Shown here one piece after another: positions 56,466 through 64,000 of a stretch of 64,000 nt of DNA (position 1 is the stretch's first letter; each line of letters begins with the position of its first letter). The stretch comes from Schizochytrium sp. TIO01 (lineage: Eukaryota > Protista > Bigyra: Labyrinthulomycetes): the NCBI GenBank assembly GCA_004764695.1, contig SMSO01000031.1, positions 5,435,594 to 5,499,593 on the forward strand. Reading direction: 5' to 3'. The position numbers and the translations under genes were made by a program. Below the pieces are notes generated by a model. That model did not search any database, was not told where the DNA came from, and worked only from the letters and a program-made list of their open reading frames with translations.

Positions 56466-56868
56466 CAGGTTAGTTTTACCCTACTGATGAAGTTGTTGTC
56501 GTACCAGTAGTTCAGGTTAGTACGAGAGGAACCTTTGGACCGCATCATTGGTAACGCGGTTGTCTGAAAAGTCCAATGCCGCAAAGCTATCATGCGTTCG
56601 TTCAGGGCTGAACGCCTCTAAGTCCGAAAACGATGCTGAAGGCGATGATATTACATTGCTTGATTAGTTACTACGAGTATCTATACAATTTTTGTAAACC
56701 GATTTGAAACCAGTGCTGTCAAAATCAGCGCTTTCTCTCATCACAATTTCAACGAATCAAGCAAGAGATCCTTTGTAGACGACTTAGCTTGGACGGGGTA
56801 CTGTAAGCATGAGAGTAGGCCTTGCCCTACGATCTGCTGAGGTTTGGCCTTCGTTCCGTTGATCTGTT
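53468..56868 (+). rRNA. 28S rRNA gene
   Basis: acctgctgaatttaagcatat, gacccgaaagatggtgaact, ttaccacagggataactggc and sarcin-ricin loop agtacgagaggaac. Ends approximate. Confidence 0.98.
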
Positions 56869-57554
56869 CTTTGTACTATATAGTAGTATAAAGTTTTTTC
56901 TTTTCTTTTTATTTTTTATTGTTGATGACTCCCGGTGGATTTGTTTGAGATGATTTGGGGATGAAGTTCTTTTTGATGCAGGGGGGAATGGGGTTAGGGA
57001 GTGGTAGAGGAAACAGTAGGCTAGTTTGAAATGAGAACTAGATGAGGTGAGAAGTGGATTATGGGTGTTGCATAGAGTTTGGTATGGAAAGGTGGGGCCT
57101 TGGATGGAGAGTGAGTACATAAGAGTATGGTTGGGAAGGTGATTAGGAGGTTAGAGTTTAAATAAAGAAACGCGATTGTGATGAAGTAGAAAGGAGTTTC
57201 ATTAGTTCTTGCTATATTCTAATCGAAGTAAGTAAGGAACTGGTGGAGCTCCCTTTTTTTTATTTGTCAGAGGATTGTTTTTGAATTACTTTCTTTGAGC
57301 GACCCCGGCAATAGCTAGAAATTTCGAAACTTTCAACAAAGTGAAAAGATAAACTCTCAGAGTTTGGTTTTGAAGCATGAAGATTTATTTGAGGTAATGA
57401 AAGATTTTCTAAGTAAAAGAAAAAAAGATTATGAAGGAGATTACTTTGCTCCTTTGATACAAGTATTGTGAAATTATTAAAGTGCACGGCGTATTCTTTT
57501 GAAAGGTAGTCTCACTGATGTGTAAAGGGTTGCTGTCTATTTCAATTAGGAAGA

Positions 57555-57669
57555 GTTGCGGTGACCGAGTGGTTAAGGTGGTGGACTGCTATGTGGCTCA
57601 CAATCTTGAGTACAACACGTCTTGAATCCATTGTTCTCCGAACGCCTGGGTTCGAATCCCAGCGCAACG
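57555..57669 (+). tRNA. tRNA-Ser(GCT) with 34-nt canonical intron (57592-57625)
   Basis: GTTGCGG..ACCGAGTGGTTAAGGT, anticodon arm GTGGA-CT-GCT-A|intron|A-TCCAT, long variable arm and GGTTCGAATCC. The acceptor 3' strand seems one C short. Confidence 0.85.
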
Positions 57670-58562
57670 ACAAAGTTTTGCTTCAATTTGGATTCCGAGG
57701 TACAAACAATATAAGTTCATGCATTTTTTGTTTGTTTCCTAATCCTTTTTTGTCTTATGTTTCTATCTTTAAATCAAGAAATATTTGTATTCTTTGCAGA
57801 TTCCGGGTTTATTTCGAAATCTGCTGGGTAAAATAAACGGAGAATCAACTGATTTAAAACATTGGAGGGAATTATTGAAGTGTAGAATCGACTGTATTTG
57901 AAGGGAATGCGTGTGAAGAAGAAGATCCTGCGTTCGCAAATATCGCATTTGTTTATGTATCCGTTTATGAGACTACCTACATTTTCTGAAGAAGTAAGTT
58001 CCCTCCAAACTTGAGAGTTTCAGCTTTTTAAAGGTAATTTTAATATCTTGAAAGCTTCTATGCAACGAATTGTGGAATCTATAAATCAACAGTGCTCTTC
58101 TTTTGTAAAAGGAAATAAAACAAAGAACGACCAACAACATCGACAATAAAACCAGTATCCCTAAAACATATAGTGCTGATTTGAATGCAGATGGAGAAAT
58201 TATTTACGAAGTCTCCGTCAATTGAAGGATCAATCGTAAATAGTGTGGGCCACGACAAACCGAAATGTTCGATATTTTATAAATTTTGTCACTTCATTTT
58301 CTTTCCTGCTTCTTTCCAAACTTCAAAGCCTTCGAGGTAATTTTCTTCGCCGATTTACCTTTCGGATAGACCTGATCTAGTTTTTCTCACAATTTTGGTT
58401 GGAGTTGATTGATACATTTGTCAACCTGGTGAGGTCGCTAAATGAATTACCGAATCCAACATGAGCATTTATTGAAGATATATTTTTCGAACTAGATGTC
58501 TTTGAGCAGTGGACGAGGAATACAAAATGTGCTTTGACTTGGCCGTGCTAAAGTAAAGTCAA

Positions 58563-58633
58563 GCTTTCGTAGTTCAATGGTAGAACGTCACGTTGTGGCC
58601 GTGACGACCGTGGTTCGATTCCGCGCGAAGGCA
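58563..58633 (+). tRNA. tRNA-His(GTG)
   Basis: GCTTTCG/CGAAGGC acceptor, TCACG-TT-GTG-GC-CGTGA anticodon arm and GGTTCGATTCC. Confidence 0.93.
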
Positions 58634-59384
58634 CTCACTTCAAGACTAGTGAAGTGAATATTTTTGTTGGTTTCTTTTATACTGATACGATTCATATCTT
58701 CTGATGTATTTTACTTGATATCCAAGTTCACTAAATGAAAGTTTACTTCCTTCTTTAAAGATTCTATTTTTAATACTGACAAATGATGTATGGAGTATTT
58801 TGAATGAATGTTTGAAGAAATGCAGAAGCTATCTTCGATGCTTGCTAGCTTGCAAACCAAAGAGAGGAGACAGTATTCGGAAGACACTCTACAGTCTGGC
58901 TGATTACGTTGGGGTTTAGAGTTCTATGTACTACACAAGTATCTCCGGTTTGATCTACACTTCTGCAAGGCATCGCTGATTAAGCTAAACTTTCTTTGGC
59001 AGTTCTTTCCTTGGCACTTGTTGAAGGCTCTTCATTTTTATCATAATAATTCTATGATTTTGATTTCTACAATTTGAATAATCGGTTCTGTTTTCCTCGA
59101 TGCTGAATTAGACTAATGTACAGTATACGTTTGAGTGTACACAGTTTCAAAGTAAGCTTGATGATTTGCTGTAAAAGTAGTGCTGTGCTGTTTAAAACCA
59201 TAGCCTTTTTAGAGAACATGGAGAATCGATTAGCTTACAAACAAATTTCGCAAGGATATAAACAGGAATTTATCTACTTCCTGTACGAGTTTCCGTGGCT
59301 TTGCTTTGGCAAACTGAAACGCAGGTAAGCATCTGATCCCACAGTTACTTTCTAAAACAAAAAGAAATACACTTTGGGTTCCAG

Positions 59385-59458
59385 AATCTCCGGCGGGACT
59401 TGAACCCACGATCTCCTGATTCGTAGTCAGGCACCTTATCCAACTTGGCCACGGAGAC
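59385..59458 (-). tRNA. tRNA-Arg(ACG)
   Basis: Minus strand reads GTCTCCGTGGCCAAGTTGGATAAGGTGCCTGACTACGAATCAGGAGATCGTGGGTTCAAGTCCCGCCGGAGATT. Confidence 0.95.
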
Positions 59459-62400
59459 AACTTGCTAAGTTGAAAGCGAGACTTGTTGCTGTGAAAAATA
59501 TGTTTTCCTCACACTCTGCCTGACCCTTGGGGAACTTTATTGCACAAAAGTTTAAAGCTGACCGTTACTTTAAGCAAAATCAAATTTACATATTGGCATA
59601 AATAATTTGCACAAGGATGGAACGCTTGAAGTGCATTTTAGCTAACGACCCTTTTACCCTCTACAAGGCTCGTGGGCGTAAAGAAGCGAGCCACTACGCA
59701 ATTCTTGATTGAAGCTCTTTTAAAATGTAATAAACCCTTTTCACTCGAAGGTTTATTAATACCCCTCTCCTGTAAATTAAAACAAATATTATAATAGAAT
59801 TCTGATTTAAAAAAAAAAAAAAAAGAGTAAACTAATTTAATAAAATGAAAGTTAAAAAACAAAAAAAAAAATCTTAAAACTTAAAATGAATGTTCTTCAT
59901 TTTAAAACCGAAGAGCGGGGTCGATTCGTACATTCATAAATTGGTCATTACAAATGTGTCAAATTGTTGAAGTGGAAAGAGAAAGTCACCCAATACGGTG
60001 AAGTTGACCTTGCCTCAAGTTTACAGCAATGCCAGGTATCTCAATATATCTGTTGTGACAATATGTGGAGCAAAGATTGTGATGAAGCTGTGTAGTAAAA
60101 AGGAATTCATGCTGCTTTATATATTTGAAACATGAAGATACTCATGAGGCTAGAACCTTTGTGATCTAAAATAGAAAGAACTAGTATCGAAATGTCCTCT
60201 CTGATTTGTTGGTCGCGCTAGGCCCAATGGCTACTGCGTATTATATAATTGGATGCGACACTTTATGCAGCTCCACATTGTCACGCTACTCTTCGATTCG
60301 GAATAACTGTATGTTAAGTTAACAACGATACTTATTTAAAGAATTTAATTGAAAAATTATATAAAGAAAAATTAAATCAAAATCTATAGTTTCAATTAAA
60401 TTTTAAAACTTATTTCAATAAATGTCTTTGTTTAATTTCTATTATTATTTAAAGTGCTTTCTAACAGTAATCATTCTATTAATAGCAAAGTGAATTGGTG
60501 AAGCATATCAAGATGCCGTATCCCATCGAGAGTATTCATTGAAACGCTTTTCAACGTCAAAGACATATCTTCTCCTGCAATATATTCTTCAAAGTACCTC
60601 TTGGCATGAAGACAACGTATTCGCTTGGATTGCTTGTTCTCATCTTATGGTCATTAACTACATGATCAACAATTACATCACAAATTGTATGCAAGGTGTT
60701 ACTAATGCATAATGAATGCTTCGTTGTTTTGAGCATAGAAACACGTAATGTACAAGAATAAAAACGTCCACTAGCGTGTGATCGATTATATTATTGTTTT
60801 ACTTCAAGTTTGGAAAGTAATGAACATTCAGATAGTCTAAATTTATTGCTGGAATTAAATGAAGCACCATCCCTCAGTGGTCCTTTCATATGATTCTTGC
60901 AAGAACAAGACAATTTTCATTTGCTTCTCGTAAAGGACTGAAATATATTCGTAAACGTTGGAATTCACTGTGTGAGATTTTCCAGCCTCGGTAACTTCAT
61001 CCCACTTGCCATAATGATTTAACTCCTTGTAGATATTTGAAACATTTCTTTACCACTTAGCTAATCTTCAAGAGATGTTTTACTTTTCTCTATCAGCAAG
61101 AGTACTGATAAGTATGGAATGGATGCAGTTTAAAATAGTTCAAGGTACGATCTGTCTTTGTAAAAACAAACAAAACACCAAAAACTCATTGTTTAATATT
61201 AAATTAAACTTTTTATTTGAAAAGTTAAATATTTTAAACCTAAAGTAAAAGTTAAACTAAAACAAAACAATTTTATTTTTATATTCTGTTTTAATATATT
61301 TTTGTTTTTAATCTTTAAAAGTTTAAAAGAGTAAAAGTATTTGCAAATTTTTAAATTGACAGAGATTATTGATGTAGCCTGAATGAGATCTTCGAGAGAC
61401 TTAATGAGTCTTAATAATTTTGCTGCTGTACAAAATAGAGCATTTTCAGATAAAGGGTTGCACAATAGTATAGGCGCAACTACTTAGACAGGTGACAAGC
61501 CGACTTGCTGTGTAGAAGCTCAATCCAAATGAATCATTGATGTGTGAACTTTCCGAAACCCATATTTTTAAGCTCGTTAAGCATTTTCAAATTGCTCTAG
61601 GCGCCGGCCGTGCGCAGGTAGGCCTTAGTGGGTGGTTCGCGTGGCTCTAGCAAAGATGCTGGGTTGATTACCTGCGGTTGGAGGCTACGTAGCTTCCGGT
61701 TCCCTCTGCTTGGCCGCCAAACGAACGATGCTGTGACATCAGGTCGCAGCAACTTTGACTCTGCGAGACTTCGACGAGGCTCGAGCTCGTGCCACCATCG
61801 CCGCTTTGACAAGCAAGGCCTCAGGTCCGCCATCAAGGGAAATGAATGTTCTCTGGAAAAAGTAATCGATGCTGTTCATAAGCTTGGTCAATCTCAGTAT
61901 GTGACTGTTTTGCTCTTGGTATGGGTTTGTGAAATTCGCTGTCTCACTAGAGTAATAAACAATTATTCACAAACACAAGCGACTTCCATAGGTGGCGAAA
62001 AAATCAATAATCACCATATCGAGTGGTTTTAGACCTGGAGGTTGTTAGGTTTTTACTCTTATGCTTTGCACATTTTGGCCTGGATAATAGCAATGAGAGA
62101 CTTTTTGAAAATAAGGTTTTAGATTTTGGTTCCTTCATGGTGTAATACCTTTCACTACACAAACAATCACCGCAGTCACCATTGCAAATGCTTAAAGCAG
62201 GCATGAATTACGTAGTGCATTTAATTGGTTCATATGTATACGCTAGTGCTTCATATAGTGATAGAGTGTAATAATCTCAGTGTCTTTCGCACTGTGCACG
62301 AAAAGCAATCAGCTCTAGTATATTTTGGCATTGTCCTGTTGCAACAATTACAACGTTGTATTATATTGTTAAGTTATGGCTTTGCTTTATTGGGCTAGTT

Positions 62401-63191
62401 AATACGTTCCTTGTAGCAGATATATGCTAAAGTAACAATACTAACTTGGTTCAGGAAAATAAAAGGCAGAATATAGTAAATCACGTTGTGGCTAGAGTTG
62501 CTCCTCCAGAATCCCAGATCAATTTAGGGGGCTGCAGATTGAAGCCAGGGCCCCTGGTACCTGCCTTTGTTTCGAAATGTAGTAATTGATGGATGTCTTC
62601 AGGGAAGCTTCTGAAGATTAAATTTCCTTAAATTTGCTGAAGGGTACCTTCAACTTACAACTACTGCGCTGTTACCTTGAGAGTCCGCCACCAGGGCAAA
62701 CGAAGAAAATGAAAAATGAATTCTCGGGCCAGCGAATGGCGTTTGAAATGAACAATATATATCTCGCGATTGAGAGTTTTGGTAAGCAGGAACCCTTTTA
62801 AAAGCAAGTGTGACCTTTCCTGTGAATCTTCTATTCAATTTACCGATATTTTTATGCGTAGTTTTCATTTGTTTCTGCAAACGTGCTTTACAGAGAATGC
62901 AACTGCTGCCCCTGACTTTCCCTAGTAGATCATTCATTAATGCAAAGTGATTTTGTTTATTTATCTCTTTGTGCCTAATTTAAAATGCATTGCAAAAAAT
63001 AGGATACATCAATTTTGTGATTCCTATCATTTCATTGTTCAGGAATGTTGATAGTAAGCCAACGACATCAGTACGTATGTCAAAAATGAACAGATTAACC
63101 CGCTTTGTGTGGGAGAACTGATATCATTGCTCAATTATTAGTGATTCATATCAAAGTACAAAATGATTGGTGTGGGGGAAAAAAGGTGAAA

Positions 63192-63302
63192 ACATTCAAC
63201 ACGGGTTCGCATGCAGTCCCCTATCATACTACTGACTGGCCTACGCGACTTTACTTCTCAGTGCGAATGAGATGAGGTGTTACCCGGTGTATGATCGAAT
63301 GT
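63192..63302 (-). rRNA. 5S rRNA copy with several 1-nt deletions (pseudogene or consensus error)
   Basis: Colinear with 42491-42608 but 111 nt long. Deletions fall mostly in short C/G runs. Confidence 0.8.
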
Positions 63303-63364
63303 GATTCTGGATGTGTTACTAAGGTTTTTACTAAAGACTCTAATTGGATTATCTAATAAACACC

Positions 63365-63897
63365 AAAGTAGTTTTTTTCGAGTCTCTGGCCTATAAAGAC
63401 CTGAAGTTTCCTCGTAGGCTCTCTGCTTCGGAGTAATTTGTTTTACTGTGTTGAAGTACCAGTTGATTTCGAGCAGCAGCAAGTCAGTAAACAGCAATCT
63501 GCTCTTTTTTCGACAAAACAGAAGCATATGCACTGGCTACTTTCTTAACAGTGATGAATTTCTTTTTTAAATTGACTATTGAGAAAGAGAAATGACACAT
63601 TACTAAGTCTGACTTGCAAGGCTCAAAGAACTTCATGACAGACCATGGTGAAGCGTCGGTGAACATAGTGATGCGTCTATGTCAGGGAATGAAGAGGACT
63701 AAGCAAGCCTGAAAATGAGTTTGCAAGGCAATCGACAAGATATGCAAAGCTGTAGGTCCTTGATCTCTTGGTTGAGTTGATGCATGTGATTTTAGCAATC
63801 AATTGTTTATTCTGTGAATTATACAAACCTTCTGTGCATAGCTAAGACATGCCTCATGTTTCTTTCCCAAGCAGAAATTATCTGACATGATTGAGAT
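63365..63897. repeat. Dispersed repeat family B, copy 2, adjacent to the 5' end of the 5S copy
   Basis: Colinear, same orientation, with 31860-32410. Confidence 0.9.
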
Positions 63898-64000
63898 TTT
63901 TCAAAGCTAATGTATTTATTTAAAGCTTTGCAAACTAGACTAAAGCAACTACTTAGAATCTTAACCTATACAAGACAGAAAAAACTTTGATTTTTTTCAC

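Noticed and set aside
51307-56487. ORFs within the rRNA genes; possible group I intron or R2 insertion near 55745-55765
   Set aside because: The ORFs are incidental. The rRNA sequence is continuous at the usual insertion site, with only 1-nt discrepancies.
59900-63100. Possible decayed genes in the AT-rich DNA downstream of the tRNAs
   Set aside because: Only short interrupted frames with no recognisable motif. They cannot be supported without a search.

Overview
Eukaryotic genomic DNA from a thraustochytrid (Labyrinthulomycetes). From memory the 18S looks Aurantiochytrium-like; this was not searched. The left half (1-30 kb) holds mostly intronless minus-strand genes: a TPR protein, a membrane sulfotransferase, an acidic-tail unknown, DIM1, CEP76, a small TM protein and a leishmanolysin-like protease with a long His/Asp/RGD repeat stalk. 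The right half looks like a subtelomere-type region, with degenerate dispersed repeats, three 5S rRNA copies, one stand-alone 18S-5.8S-28S unit and three tRNAs. The main result is invisible in the ORF track. Two head-to-head genes (41243->35131 on minus, 43234->48220 on plus) are built from tandem intron+exon cassettes, each exon encoding exactly one RI-type leucine-rich repeat (84 nt, or 99 nt with an in-frame insert, all phase-2 GT-AG introns). Introns and the exon core are near-identical between cassettes, while codons at the exposed LxxLxLxxNxI positions are hypervariable and mosaic. The minus-strand gene splices 7 LRRs onto a helical region, a protein kinase and RING/Rcat-like zinc fingers. 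Together they look like a diversifying intracellular receptor system, possibly immune-like. All gene models were read by eye and function is inference. Scattered 1-nt indels suggest an imperfectly polished long-read assembly.
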